DNA of 64,000 nucleotides from Escherichia coli (GCF_003334335.1 NZ_QOWQ01000003.1), one strand, 5' to 3'; shown: positions 1 to 18,881, counted from the stretch's first letter. Notes: generated from the sequence alone by a model not told the origin. Translations and numbers: made by a program.

Positions 1-216
1 TACTACCTGATGGAAGCCTACAAACACCTTAAACCGATTGCGCTGGCGGGTGACGCGCGCAAGTTTAAAGCAACAATCAAGGTCGCTGACCAGGGTGAAG
101 AAGGGATTGTGGAAGCTGACAGCGCTGACGGTAGTTTTATGGATGAACTGCTAACGCTGATGGCAGCACACCGCGTGTGGTCACGCATTCCTAAGATTGA
201 CAAAATTCCTGCCTGA
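1..216 (+). CDS. katE: catalase HPII, C-terminal fragment (5' end lies upstream of the window)
   Basis: Frame 1 is open from base 1 to TGA at 214-216. The tail ...[19 protein letters not shown] is recognised as the KatE C-terminus. Confidence 0.9.
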   Translation, partial: YYLMEAYKHLKPIALAGDARKFKATIKVADQGEEGIVEADSADGSFMDELLTLMAAHRVWSRIPKIDKIPA

Positions 217-219
217 TGG

Positions 220-243
220 GAGGCGGCGCAATTGCGCCGCCTC
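220..243 (+). terminator. perfect 24-bp palindrome just after the katE stop (hairpin, no clear T-run)
   Basis: gaggcggcgcaattgcgccgcctc is self-complementary and starts 4 nt after the katE stop. Confidence 0.45.
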
Positions 244-272
244 AAATGATTTACATAGTGCGCTTTGTTTAT

Positions 273-371
273 GCCGGATGCGGCGTGAACGCCTTATCCG
301 GCCTACAAAACTGTGCAAATTCAATATATTGCAGGAAACACGTAGGCCTGATAAGCGAAGCGCATCAGGCA
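273..371. repeat. BIME/RIP-type element: two inverted REP units flanking an IHF-like core
   Basis: Contains gccggatgcggcgtgaacgccttatccggcctac, then tgcaaattcaatatattgcagg, then gtaggcctgataagcgaagcgcatcaggca. A near-identical copy lies at 7419-7518. Confidence 0.8.
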
Positions 372-431
372 GTTTTGCGTTTGTCAGCAGTCTCAAGCGG
401 CGCAGTTACGCCGCCTTTGTAGGAATTAATC

Positions 432-462
432 GCCGGATGCAAGGTTCACGCCGCATCTGGCA
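432..462. repeat. REP (repetitive extragenic palindrome) unit
   Basis: gccggatgcaaggttcacgccgcatctggca, an imperfect palindrome of REP type between katE and chbG. Confidence 0.7.
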
Positions 463-473
463 AACATCCTCAC

Positions 474-1235
<762 letters not shown>

Positions 1236-2588
1236 TTAATGTGCTTTTTTAAGCTCTGCGATGCAGTCGGCAAAGTTTGGCAGCCATTTCTCGTGCGCCA
1301 GAATCATCTCGCGTGCCAGCAGCTCAGCATCGCGATCGGAATGCACCAACGGACTAAGGTTTAGCGCCAGTAACACATCGTTAAATTCTCCGCTAAGTGC
1401 GGCGTTACTGGCAGCAATCTCGAAGCCTTTAATGGTGTGAATCAGCCCCATTACTTTATCATCGAAATGCGTAATGCGCGGATGTGGCGTCGCGCCATCG
1501 CGCCCCAGCTTACAGGTCATTTCTACTGCCCAGTCTGCCGGAATATTATCAATCTGCCCATGATGCGGGATATTAACGTAATGTTCTGCTTGCTTGTCGT
1601 TGTAGATAGCGTTGATCACTTCGCATGCTGCATCAGAGTAATAAGCCCCACCGCGCTGTTCCAGTTCTTTCGGCTTAACTTTCAGCTCAGGATTTTTATA
1701 CAGCTCAAAAAGTTGTTTCTCGACTTTCTGTACTACCTGCGCTCGTGCGCCGCCTTTGTAGTATTCGCCCATTTCAATAGCCAGCATCTCTTTCTGCTTG
1801 AAGTAATACAGCAGATAAGAACATGGCAGCAGATTCAACGAACGAATTAAGCCCTCACTAAATGGCAGATCGAAAATATTTTTTACAGAGGACGCTTTTA
1901 ACTGCCCTGACGCCACACCATCAAGCAATTCGGCAAAGCGCGACTTGCCATTTACCAGCACATCCTTAATGAACACCATATGGTTGAGGCCGAACAAATC
2001 GATAGATAAATCATCGCTGTCTTTCAGCATCAGAACATCGCGAATAAACATCTTCATGCCGATCGGAATATTACACACGCCGATAAAGCGTTTAAATCCG
2101 GTATGACGATAAACGGCTTCAGTGACCATTCCCGCCGGGTTAGTGAAGTTAATCACCCATGCATTCGGACAAAGTTCTTCGACATCTTTTACGATGTCAA
2201 AAATCACCGGAATGGTACGCAGACCTTTAAACAAACCGCCCGCGCCGTTGGTTTCCTGACCAAGATAACCATGACTTAATGGAATACGTTCATCCAGTTC
2301 ACGCGCCGGTAATTGGCCAACGCGCAGTTGGGTAGTAACGAAATCAGCATCTTTCAATGCTTCGCGGCGATCCAGCGTTTTATAAAGCTTCATCGGGACG
2401 CCAGCGTTATCAATCATCCGTTGGCAGAGATCGAAAATAATATCCAGTTTCGCTTTACCACCTTCGACATCCACCAGCCATAATTCGCTGACCGGCAATT
2501 CGTGATAACGCTTAATAAATCCTTCCAGTAACTCCGGGGTATAGCTGCTCCCGCCACCAATAGTGACGACTTTTAATTTCTGGCTCAT
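1236..2588 (-). CDS. chbF: 6-phospho-beta-glucosidase, glycoside hydrolase family 4
   Basis: 450-aa ORF with the N-terminal KVVTIGGGSSYTPEL dinucleotide-binding motif typical of GH4 enzymes. Sits in chb operon context. Confidence 0.93.
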   Translation of the reverse strand: MSQKLKVVTIGGGSSYTPELLEGFIKRYHELPVSELWLVDVEGGKAKLDIIFDLCQRMIDNAGVPMKLYKTLDRREALKDADFVTTQLRVGQLPARELDERIPLSHGYLGQETNGAGGLFKGLRTIPVIFDIVKDVEELCPNAWVINFTNPAGMVTEAVYRHTGFKRFIGVCNIPIGMKMFIRDVLMLKDSDDLSIDLFGLNHMVFIKDVLVNGKSRFAELLDGVASGQLKASSVKNIFDLPFSEGLIRSLNLLPCSYLLYYFKQKEMLAIEMGEYYKGGARAQVVQKVEKQLFELYKNPELKVKPKELEQRGGAYYSDAACEVINAIYNDKQAEHYVNIPHHGQIDNIPADWAVEMTCKLGRDGATPHPRITHFDDKVMGLIHTIKGFEIAASNAALSGEFNDVLLALNLSPLVHSDRDAELLAREMILAHEKWLPNFADCIAELKKAH

Positions 2589-2692
2589 AATTTCTCCCTT
2601 CAGTACAGAATACTGATATCTGGCATATCTGCCCCCCCGGACATAAATAATCCAGCAACAGGACAGATATGTGAATTGTCAGGTATAACGAC

Positions 2693-3535
2693 TTACTGAT
2701 TAAATTCAGTCAATTTCTTACGATAGCTCTTAGGCGTAAAGGACGTTAATTTCTTAAACGTTTTAATAAACAAACTCGGGCTACTATAACCGGCCTCAAA
2801 CGCAATATCCGTCACTGAATAGTTGGTCATTTCCAGTTGTTTTTTGGCAAAATTAATACGGATTTCATTAATAATCTGCATTGGCGTTTTGCCATAATAT
2901 CGTTGAGTCGCTCGCGTCAAATATTCCTGTGATTTGGCTGACAACGCCACCATATTCTCCAGCGCCGATTCACTAAACTGCTCTTTATCATGCATCTTTT
3001 CTACCGTACTTTTCAGCCACTGCGGTACATCATCAATCACCTGTTCTTCGCGGTAATGACGTAAACGGTTAATGACATAAAAAGTAACCATCTCAACAAA
3101 CTCTTCCAGCCCTGTTTCGCGGAAATTCAATGAAGAAATCACTGTTTCCACATAGGTGAGAAAAGCGTTATTGGTCCGGTATACCTGCGAAGCGACAAAG
3201 CAATAAGGCAACAATGGCAGGTAATGCTGCTCAAAAAAGCGTTTACTGATCCCAACGTTCAATATGCGCGTGGCACCAAACTCATAAAAACTTTGATGGT
3301 GCGAACCTAACGGAATAAAAACAAAATCGCCCCGTTCCAGTAACACGCGCTTACCGTTAATCTCCTGGAAATAACGCCCGGTTAATACCAGAGTAAATTC
3401 ATAATAGTCGTGCTGATGCAGTCCGCTGATACTCTCAGTTTTGTTATAGATAAACACATGGAAGTTTTTGCCATTAAACAACTGCTGTTCTCGGGCAGTG
3501 GCAATTTCCGGCGCGTTAATCACTGGCTGCATCAT
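2693..3535 (-). CDS. chbR: AraC-family regulator of the chb operon
   Basis: 280-aa ORF with a C-terminal AraC-type HTH region (..[30 protein letters not shown]). Confidence 0.92.
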
Positions 3536-3542
3536 CGACTCC

Positions 3543-3893
3543 TTATGCCTTCAGTTTTTCATGAAGCTCAATTAATTCAGTAATCAGTTCACGCGCAAGC
3601 ATGGACGTCATTAAATGATCCTGAGCGTGGACCAGCACCAGACTCACTTTCATCTTACCTTCGCCCGCATCGCCTTCAATCAGTTTCGTCTGTACCAGAT
3701 GCGCTTCATTCAATGCCATCCGTGACTGATCCATCATGGCTTTTGCTGCGGCAAAATCGCCCTGCTTCGCCTGTTTCAGTGCCGCATACGCCAGGCTGCG
3801 CGCTTGTCCGGAGTTGATGATCAGCCCCATCACCACTTCTTCCAGCTCTTCAGCTTCCGTTTGCGTATCGGGAATGTTATCGAGATCCATCAT
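3543..3893 (-). CDS. chbA: PTS chitobiose/cellobiose-family EIIA component
   Basis: 116-aa ORF recognised as ChbA, lying between chbC and chbR. Confidence 0.92.
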
Positions 3894-3943
3894 ACATCGT
3901 TCCTCTCTTTTCTTACCGGCACGATTACCCGTACCGGCATCGA

Positions 3944-5302
3944 TTAAAATTTCAGGGCGTTAGCGATATCTTCTTCGCTCTCTTCTTTATCAATCGCATT
4001 TTGTGCTTTGTTAGCCACCACAACAAAGGGCAGATAAATTAACGTTGCGATGCCAAGGTTGAAGAGTGCGACCAGCAATGCGGCGACGCTACCGTTGGTG
4101 TTAAAGAAGGCTCCCAGACCGGTTGGCATGGTCCACGGTGCAATATTGGTCACCGGAGGAATAATGCCCATGTAGTACGCTGCGAGGGTGATTGCCGCCA
4201 GAATCGGTTGTACCAGTACAAACGGGATAAACATCACCGGGTTCATGATAATTGGCAGACCAAACAGAATCGGTTCGTTAATCTGGAAGATGCCGGACGG
4301 CAGCGCCAGTTTTGCCACCTGACGATAATCAGCACGGCGAGAGGCGATAAAGATAGCCAGGATCAGGCCTAAAGTCGCACCACTGCCCCCAAGGAAAATA
4401 AAGGAGTCCAGCATCGGCTTGGCCCAGATATGGAAGGTCTTACCGGCTGCCAGCGCCGCTTCGACGGAACCATATTGCTGATAGGTCGCGATATTTTCCA
4501 GTGCCCACGGCGTCATAATGCCGTTGTCCAGTGCGGTCAGCGCCAGCGCGCCATGAATACCGAAGAACCAGAGCAGTGGAACAAAGATCACATAGGCCCA
4601 GCCCACCACGCTACCCAACGATGCCAGTGGGGTTGAGATGGTATCCATAATGATCTGATGGAAGTTGGTGCCCCAGGTATTCAACGCCCAGGCAATAATC
4701 CCCATCACGGAAAGAATAATAAAGCCGGGAATTAATGCCGAGAAGGAACGCGATACTGAAGCAGGTACGCTGTCGGGCAGTTTAATGACCCAATTGCGGC
4801 GGACAATAAAGGTAAACATTTCTGCCACCACCAGGCCAATAATAATCCCGGAGATGATATTCGCCCCACCTAACCAGTTTGCACCAACCGCATAGGCCTC
4901 ACCGACACTATATGGGGTGACGGTCATAAATGCTGCAACGGATAACAACCCAGCCGCCAGCGCATCGACTTTAGGCTCTTCTGCCAGCGCCATGCCAATA
5001 AAGAACGGTGCCATTAAAGACATTATTCCTAATGTTCCGTTATATACGTTGCCGCCAATACCTTTCAGACCATTAAGTGTTTCAATGGTTGAGGCGTCGA
5101 GGCGAATACCTAAGGAATAAAAAAACGACCCCTCCCCAAAGCTTAGAAAAACGTTGTTAATTAATACAAACATGGCCCCCGCAAGGGTTAACGGCATTAA
5201 GCGAATAAAGCCATTTTTGATTGCATTAACGTGTGGCTGCTTTCCTATTTTAACTGCAAAAGGGAGGAGTACCTTTTCAAGCGATGCAATAACATTACTC
5301 AT
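3944..5302 (-). CDS. chbC: PTS chitobiose/cellobiose-family EIIC permease
   Basis: 452-aa hydrophobic polytopic ORF recognised as ChbC. Confidence 0.93.
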   Translation of the reverse strand: MSNVIASLEKVLLPFAVKIGKQPHVNAIKNGFIRLMPLTLAGAMFVLINNVFLSFGEGSFFYSLGIRLDASTIETLNGLKGIGGNVYNGTLGIMSLMAPFFIGMALAEEPKVDALAAGLLSVAAFMTVTPYSVGEAYAVGANWLGGANIISGIIIGLVVAEMFTFIVRRNWVIKLPDSVPASVSRSFSALIPGFIILSVMGIIAWALNTWGTNFHQIIMDTISTPLASLGSVVGWAYVIFVPLLWFFGIHGALALTALDNGIMTPWALENIATYQQYGSVEAALAAGKTFHIWAKPMLDSFIFLGGSGATLGLILAIFIASRRADYRQVAKLALPSGIFQINEPILFGLPIIMNPVMFIPFVLVQPILAAITLAAYYMGIIPPVTNIAPWTMPTGLGAFFNTNGSVAALLVALFNLGIATLIYLPFVVVANKAQNAIDKEESEEDIANALKF

Positions 5303-5351
5303 AGAAAAATACCCTTAAAAACCGCAATTTAAATATTGCGGTATTGATTTA

Positions 5352-5371
5352 TGAAATAACTCTTTGACGGG
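5352..5371 (-). promoter_or_regulatory. ChiX (MicM) sRNA pairing site ('decoy/trap') in the chbB-chbC spacer
   Basis: The mRNA sense (minus strand) reads cccgtcaaagagttatttca. Its core cccgtcaaagag is complementary to the ChiX segment CUCUUUGACGGG as I recall it. The site lies in the 84-nt chbB-chbC spacer next to the hairpin at 5321-5342. Confidence 0.6.
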
Positions 5372-5386
5372 AAAATTTAAAATAAA

Positions 5387-5707
5387 TTAATTTGCTGCGG
5401 CTTTTTTAATCGCTGCAACCGCAGCCTTAAGCACGCCTAAACCATCGACTTTGCCATAAAGCAGCGAGTCAATTACTTCAACCGGTTTGTTGGGTAACAA
5501 ACGCTGGATTTCGGGCAACATATAAGCAATCTGCGGCCCTAATAACACGACATCGGCATTCTGACCTTTTTCACCAGCCAGTGTTTCCGGAAATGCTTCA
5601 ATAATGACCGGAACTTCATATTTTTCTGCCTGTGCGCGCATTTTTGATACCAGTAAAGAGGTAGACATGCCCGCAGAACAAAACAGATAAATGTGTTTCT
5701 TTTCCAT
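5387..5707 (-). CDS. chbB: PTS chitobiose/cellobiose-family EIIB component
   Basis: 106-aa [20 protein letters not shown] carries the phospho-accepting Cys motif. First gene of the chb operon. Confidence 0.93.
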   Translation of the reverse strand: MEKKHIYLFCSAGMSTSLLVSKMRAQAEKYEVPVIIEAFPETLAGEKGQNADVVLLGPQIAYMLPEIQRLLPNKPVEVIDSLLYGKVDGLGVLKAAVAAIKKAAAN

Positions 5708-5947
5708 AAAACTGCCCTCATCGACGATTATCTGTCAGCCAGACACTCCGCAAGCCTTAACCTGCTTCCATGCTCTGGGTAACTTGCGAAACCAACATGA
5801 CTTTTTTTGTGGCTGAAAGGAGTATACGGTATAGACCTGAGCAATAGTATTTCTTTGACCTTATAAATTGTTTCTCCTTGACCTGTGGTTATGACCCTCT
5901 TCACATTTCGGGCAAATAATTCGCGAAGATAATTAAGAACTCAGGCC

Positions 5948-5975
5948 AAAAAAAACCGGCGCAATGGCCGGTTTC
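5948..5975 (-). terminator. rho-independent terminator of osmE
   Basis: The minus strand reads accggccattgcgccggt followed by tttttttt, beginning about 30 nt after the osmE stop. Confidence 0.75.
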
Positions 5976-6005
5976 CGTTGTTACTCAAGCTTTCAGACGA
6001 ATTGA

Positions 6006-6344
6006 TTACTTCGCAGCCTGTGGATCAGTGTCGTATTCAGCACAGGTCTGATAACCGGAGTTGATGACATGTCCGGTATCATCTAACGCGACAAAGTAGG
6101 TTTCTGCTTTACCATCACGTTGACCCAGGATGTAGGTCTGGCAAGTACCGCGAGCATGGATCATGCTCACTTCAGACGAAGGTTTACCCGCAATTTGTGC
6201 AACCTGCGCCCGGCTCATGCCTTTTTTGACGTCTTTCACCACAGGCTGTACAAACTGGTCTTTGGTACGATCATAAGCCGTACAACCCGCCAGCATGGTT
6301 AATACCGCCGCTGCACTCAGAATTCCTGCCATATTCTTGTTCAT
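6006..6344 (-). CDS. osmE: osmotically inducible lipoprotein
   Basis: 112-aa ORF with a signal peptide and lipobox (..LTMLAGC). Confidence 0.9.
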
Positions 6345-6545
6345 ATTCCGTCCTCTTGTTTATCAGCGTGTTAGATAAGCCTGGAATACATTGGGCGCTT
6401 TTTCAAGCCCGTGAACGAAACGGCTCCGCTTTCAGAGGATTCCTGTATGACGTTTTAACCACCATTCAGCCCGCTGTCGCTTGTCGTTTCAGTAGCAACG
6501 GGTTAGCTTTAAGGAAGTTTTGTCTTTTCTGTCTGGAGGGGTTCA

Positions 6546-7373
6546 ATGACATTGCAACAACAAATAATAAAGGCGCTGGGCGCAAAACCGCAGATTAATG
6601 CTGAAGAGGAAATTCGTCGTAGTGTCGATTTTCTGAAAAGCTACCTGCAAACTTATCCGTTCATTAAATCACTGGTGCTCGGGATCAGCGGCGGTCAGGA
6701 CTCCACGCTTGCCGGAAAGCTGTGCCAGATGGCGATTAATGAGCTGCGCCTGGAAACCGGCAACGAATCACTGCAATTTATTGCCGTACGCCTGCCCTAT
6801 GGTGTTCAGGCCGACGAACAAGATTGCCAGGATGCCATTGCCTTTATTCAACCGGATCGCGTATTAACCGTTAATATCAAGGGCGCGGTATTGGCCAGCG
6901 AACAGGCATTGCGGGAAGCAGGCATTGAACTGAGCGATTTTGTCCGTGGCAATGAAAAAGCGCGTGAGCGGATGAAAGCACAATATAGCATTGCGGGTAT
7001 GACCAGCGGTGTCGTGGTGGGCACCGATCATGCAGCAGAAGCCATTACCGGATTCTTCACTAAATATGGTGACGGCGGTACGGACATTAATCCGCTGTAT
7101 CGTCTCAACAAACGTCAGGGTAAACAGTTACTGGCGGCATTAGCTTGCCCGGAACACCTTTATAAGAAAGCGCCAACGGCCGATCTGGAAGATGATCGCC
7201 CTTCTCTGCCAGATGAAGTGGCACTCGGCGTGACCTATGACAATATCGACGACTATCTGGAAGGGAAAAACGTACCTCAACAGGTCGCCAGAACAATAGA
7301 GAACTGGTATCTGAAAACCGAACATAAACGCCGTCCGCCAATTACCGTTTTCGATGATTTCTGGAAAAAGTAA
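6546..7373 (+). CDS. nadE: NH3-dependent NAD+ synthetase
   Basis: 275-aa ORF with the PP-loop motif [10 protein letters not shown]. Confidence 0.94.
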
Positions 7374-7418
7374 TAATTTGCACATATTGGATTGTGCGAA
7401 AAAGAGTAATTTGTTCAC

Positions 7419-7518
7419 GCCGGATGCGGCGTGAACGCCTTATTCGACCTATAAAACTATGCAAATTCAATACATTGCAGGAGTCGAATAGGCCTGACAG
7501 GCGTAGCACGTCAGACGG
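7419..7518. repeat. BIME/RIP-type element (second copy)
   Basis: Contains gccggatgcggcgtgaacgccttattcgacctat, then tgcaaattcaatacattgcagg, then taggcctgacaggcgtagcacgtcagacgg. Same architecture as 273-371. Confidence 0.8.
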
Positions 7519-7571
7519 TGTAACCTTTGTCATCGACCCGCCTCTTTTTTAATCGCTTCCCGCCTGTTACA

Positions 7572-7587
7572 CTGGATAGATAACCAG
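7572..7587 (+). promoter_or_regulatory. LexA (SOS) box-like palindrome upstream of cho
   Basis: ctggatagataaccag has the form CTGG-N8-CCAG and ends 15 nt before the cho GTG. The canonical box is CTGT-N8-ACAG. cho is known to be SOS-regulated. Confidence 0.6.
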
Positions 7588-7602
7588 CATTCGGAGTCAA
7601 CA

Positions 7603-9103
<1,501 letters not shown>

Positions 9104-9152
9104 TTAGTGGTGATCAGGCTTTTTTTACAACTGTTTGAGAAGAGAAAAGAAA

Positions 9153-9205
9153 ACCGCCGATCCTGTCCACCGCATTACTGCAAGGTAGTGGACAAGACCG
9201 GCGGT
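9153..9205 (-). terminator. long hairpin terminator downstream of spy
   Basis: accgccgatcctgtccac pairs with gtggacaagaccggcggt. On the minus strand a T-rich run (ttttcttttctcttc) follows. Confidence 0.6.
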
Positions 9206-9227
9206 CTTAAGTTTTTTGGCTGAAAGA

Positions 9228-9713
9228 TTATTCAGCAGTTGCAGGCATTTTACCTTTTGCCGCTGGACGTTCTGTCAGACGCTTCTCAAAATTAGCATTA
9301 AATTGCTTTTTCTGTTCCGGCGTCAGGATGTTGTAAATTTTGTTCTGGGTTTCCATGTGCGCCAGCATGTTAGCTTTGCGCTGTTCTTCCATTTTTGCGA
9401 TCTGCGCTTCAGCTTTTACTTTATCGAAGGTATCGCTGGCAATGATGTCATGCATTGCGCGGCGTTCTTCCAGCGGCGGACGTTTCATCTGGTCACGCTG
9501 GCCTTTCATGATTTCGCGGATCTGCTGTTTCTGCGCGTCGGTCAGGTTCAGGTCTTTGAACATCATGTCCTGATGCGGACCGAACTTGCCTTTGTGGTGC
9601 ATCATCGGCTTCGCGTCAGCCGGTGCTGCGGTAGTGGTGTCTGCGGCATGGGCCAGGTTAGCCGCGCCAAGAGCCAGGGTAGAGGCAACAAACAGTGCAG
9701 TTAATTTACGCAT
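9228..9713 (-). CDS. spy: periplasmic ATP-independent chaperone Spy
   Basis: 161-aa ORF with a signal peptide ending AHA and two LTxxQ motifs (LNLTDAQKQQI, LTPEQKKQF). Confidence 0.93.
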   Translation of the reverse strand: MRKLTALFVASTLALGAANLAHAADTTTAAPADAKPMMHHKGKFGPHQDMMFKDLNLTDAQKQQIREIMKGQRDQMKRPPLEERRAMHDIIASDTFDKVKAEAQIAKMEEQRKANMLAHMETQNKIYNILTPEQKKQFNANFEKRLTERPAAKGKMPATAE

Positions 9714-10013
9714 ATTCTATATCCTTCCTTTCAGTTATTTATTACGGCTTTCTTAAGTAGCGTGCCGTGTTGACGAGATTAACTTTACTGACTTTAGCGT
9801 CAATTAATCAGAGCAACGGTAAAACAATGAAAGTGTAAAAAACACTTTTGCGCCAATTATGGAGAAAAAAAGAAAATTTGATGGAGAGTGATGAGAGAAT
9901 ATTACAACACGATGATTTTGCAGAGATTATGAAGAACTATACCGGATGACTGGTGATAAATAAAGCAAATAACCAGGATTAATCTGTATTAATTTATAAG
10001 AAAGCAACTTAAT

Positions 10014-10037
10014 ACCCGCAGAATGATTTCTGCGGGT
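10014..10037 (-). terminator. hairpin just downstream of astE (possible terminator, no strong T-run)
   Basis: 10-bp stem acccgcagaa/ttctgcgggt with a 4-nt loop, 6 nt from the astE stop. Confidence 0.4.
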
Positions 10038-10042
10038 AAGTA

Positions 10043-16106
<6,064 letters not shown>

Positions 16107-16142
16107 TTAATAATAAGTAATGTTTGCGCTGTAAATGTAGAT

Positions 16143-16158
16143 TGCAGGGTTCGTGCCA
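16143..16158 (-). promoter_or_regulatory. sigma54 (-24/-12) promoter of astCADBE
   Basis: The minus strand reads TGGCACgaaccCTGCA (consensus TGGCAC-N5-TTGCA), about 70-90 nt upstream of the astC ATG. The ast operon is known to be nitrogen-regulated. Confidence 0.75.
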
Positions 16159-16515
16159 GCCAGTGATAAAAGTGCATAAACGGCGGAGGCTAACTGGAAA
16201 TCAAGGAGTTATAACCAAACCATATGCATTTAAAGTGCATATAAAGTGAATACGTTTGCGATGTGGGTGAATAAAAAGAATAAAAAACGCAATGTTATGC
16301 AGAAGTAAAATATAATTCTGGAATTGTGATCATTGACGAAATTTACTGGAAATTACTGCGCCATTCTGACGCAGCGCGCACTAAAAGCGGGCATTTTTTG
16401 CGCCATCGTTGACATCATTAACAACCATCGATCAAATCACTTAACAACAGGCGGTAAGCAACGCGAAATTCTGCTACCATCCACGCACTCTTTATCTGAA
16501 TAAATGGCAGCGACT

Positions 16516-17322
16516 ATGAAATTTGTCTCTTTTAATATCAACGGCCTGCGCGCCAGACCTCACCAGCTTGAAGCCATCGTCGAAAAGCACCAACCGGATG
16601 TGATTGGCCTGCAGGAGACAAAAGTTCATGACGATATGTTTCCGCTCGAAGAGGTGGCGAAGCTCGGCTACAACGTGTTTTATCACGGGCAGAAAGGCCA
16701 TTATGGCGTGGCGCTGCTGACCAAAGAGACGCCGATTGCCGTGCGTCGCGGCTTTCCCGGTGACGACGAAGAGGCGCAGCGGCGGATTATTATGGCGGAA
16801 ATCCCCTCACTGCTGGGTAATGTCACCGTGATCAACGGTTACTTCCCGCAGGGTGAAAGCCGCGACCATCCGATAAAATTCCCGGCAAAAGCGCAGTTTT
16901 ATCAGAATCTGCAAAACTACCTGGAAACCGAACTCAAACGTGATAATCCGGTACTGATTATGGGCGATATGAATATCAGCCCTACAGATCTGGATATCGG
17001 CATTGGCGAAGAAAACCGTAAGCGCTGGCTGCGTACCGGTAAATGCTCTTTCCTGCCGGAAGAGCGCGAATGGATGGACAGGCTGATGAGCTGGGGGTTG
17101 GTCGATACCTTCCGCCATGCGAATCCGCAAACAGCAGATCGTTTCTCATGGTTTGATTACCGCTCAAAAGGTTTTGACGATAACCGTGGTCTGCGCATCG
17201 ACCTGCTGCTCGCCAGCCAACCGCTGGCAGAATGTTGCGTAGAAACCGGCATCGACTATGAAATCCGCAGCATGGAAAAACCGTCCGATCACGCCCCCGT
17301 CTGGGCGACCTTCCGCCGCTAA
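16516..17322 (+). CDS. xthA: exonuclease III (AP endonuclease VI)
   Basis: Start taken at [14 protein letters not shown] (268 aa). The ORF track begins 4 codons earlier. Confidence 0.93.
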
Positions 17323-17488
17323 TTTAGCAGCTCTCCTGGCTCAAACTGGGTCAGGAGAATTAACCTTGAGAAAAATCAACAAACTGTCAGTAATGATTTG
17401 TTGCCTGCCGTCCTTTGTTATACCGTCTCTGCGTTTTTAGTTGTCTGACCACTTCTCTATTATCAAGTTTGATATAGGAAACTCCACG

Positions 17489-18199
17489 ATGAACGCTGAG
17501 CGTAAATTTCTTTTTGCCTGTCTTATTTTTGCGCTGGTCATTTACGCTATCCACGCTTTCGGTTTATTCGATCTGCTCACCGATTTACCCCACTTACAGA
17601 CACTCATCCGCCAGAGCGGATTTTTCGGCTATAGCCTCTATATTCTGTTATTCATCATTGCCACCCTCTTGCTGTTACCAGGAAGCATACTGGTGATCGC
17701 GGGAGGAATAGTTTTTGGCCCGCTCTTAGGGACACTACTCTCATTAATTGCCGCCACGCTGGCCTCCTCGTGCTCATTCCTGCTGGCGCGCTGGCTGGGA
17801 CGTGATTTACTGCTGAAATACGTTGGCCATAGCAATACCTTCCAGGCCATTGAAAAAGGCATTGCGCGTAACGGTATTGATTTTCTTATTCTGACCCGCT
17901 TAATCCCGTTGTTTCCTTACAATATTCAAAATTACGCTTACGGATTAACCACAATCGCCTTCTGGCCTTATACCCTTATTTCGGCACTCACGACCCTACC
18001 CGGTATTGTTATTTATACCGTGATGGCAAGCGATCTCGCCAATGAAGGCATTACGCTGCGCTTTATTTTACAACTCTGTCTGGCGGGCCTGGCGCTGTTT
18101 ATTCTCGTCCAGCTCGCAAAACTCTACGCCCGACACAAACATGTGGATCTGTCTGCTTCGCGCCGCAGCCCACTTACTCACCCAAAAAATGAAGGATAG
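17489..18199 (+). CDS. ydjX: DedA / TVP38-TMEM64 (SNARE-associated) family inner-membrane protein
   Basis: ATG at 17489 (MNAERKFLF...). The ORF-track frame begins at a TTG 16 codons upstream. Multi-pass hydrophobic protein. Confidence 0.85.
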   Translation: MNAERKFLFACLIFALVIYAIHAFGLFDLLTDLPHLQTLIRQSGFFGYSLYILLFIIATLLLLPGSILVIAGGIVFGPLLGTLLSLIAATLASSCSFLLARWLGRDLLLKYVGHSNTFQAIEKGIARNGIDFLILTRLIPLFPYNIQNYAYGLTTIAFWPYTLISALTTLPGIVIYTVMASDLANEGITLRFILQLCLAGLALFILVQLAKLYARHKHVDLSASRRSPLTHPKNEG

Positions 18200-18203
18200 A
18201 ACG

Positions 18204-18881
18204 ATGTTGCAACATTATTCAGTGTCATGGAAAAAAGGACTGGCTGCACTCTGTTTACTGGCTGTTGCTGGGCTTAGCGGCTGCGATCAACAAGAGAATG
18301 CGGCGGCAAAAGTGGAATACGACGGACTTTCGAACAGCCAACCGCTGCGTGTCGATGCCAATAACCATACGGTAACCATGCTGGTGCAAATTAATGGTCG
18401 TTTCCTCACCGACGACACTCGTCACGGTATTGTGTTTAAAGATGGCTCCAACGGACATAAATCGCTGTTTATGGGTTATGCGACCCCGAAAGCATTTTAT
18501 GAAGCCCTGAAAGAGGCAGGTGGTACGCCGGGCGAAAACATGACGATGGATAATAAAGAAACGACTCATGTCACAGGCAGCAAACTGGATATTTCGGTCA
18601 ACTGGCAAGGGGCGGCAAAAGCGTATTCCTTCGATGAAGTGATTGTTGACAGTAATGGCAAGAAACTGGACATGCGCTTTGGCGGTAATTTAACGGCAGC
18701 AGAAGAGAAGAAAGCGGGTTGCCTGGTGTGTCTGGATAGCTGCCCGGTCGGCATCGTCAGCAATGCAACATACACTTATGGTGCGGTTGAAAAACGTGGT
18801 GAAGTTAAATTCAAAGGCAATGCCTCAGTTCTCCCGGCGGATAACACGCTGGCAACGGTTACCTTTAAAATCGCCGAATAA
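18204..18881 (+). CDS. ydjY: lipoprotein with a ferredoxin-like Cys cluster
   Basis: Start at MLQHYSVSW with gaagga 7 nt upstream. Lipobox LSGC and a CLVCLDSCP motif. The 54-codon upstream extension overlaps ydjX and is rejected. Confidence 0.85.
   Translation: MLQHYSVSWKKGLAALCLLAVAGLSGCDQQENAAAKVEYDGLSNSQPLRVDANNHTVTMLVQINGRFLTDDTRHGIVFKDGSNGHKSLFMGYATPKAFYEALKEAGGTPGENMTMDNKETTHVTGSKLDISVNWQGAAKAYSFDEVIVDSNGKKLDMRFGGNLTAAEEKKAGCLVCLDSCPVGIVSNATYTYGAVEKRGEVKFKGNASVLPADNTLATVTFKIAE

Noticed and set aside
9216-9704. 162-aa ORF antisense to spy
   Set aside because: It mirrors spy almost exactly. spy has a signal peptide and LTxxQ motifs, and the antisense frame is a Phe/His/Arg-rich artefact.
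9714-9850. CpxR/BaeR boxes in the spy promoter
   Set aside because: spy is known to be Cpx/Bae-controlled, and GTAAA-like pentamers are visible (ctaaagtcagtaaag on the minus strand, gtaaaacaatgaaagtgtaaa on the plus strand). Their spacing (9 or 16 nt periodicity) does not match the GTAAA-N5-GTAAA consensus cleanly, so I could not place the sites with confidence.
17332-17358. Possible xthA terminator hairpin (ctcctg...caggag)
   Set aside because: The stem is only 6 clean base pairs with a mismatch beyond it, and no T-run follows. This is too weak to call.
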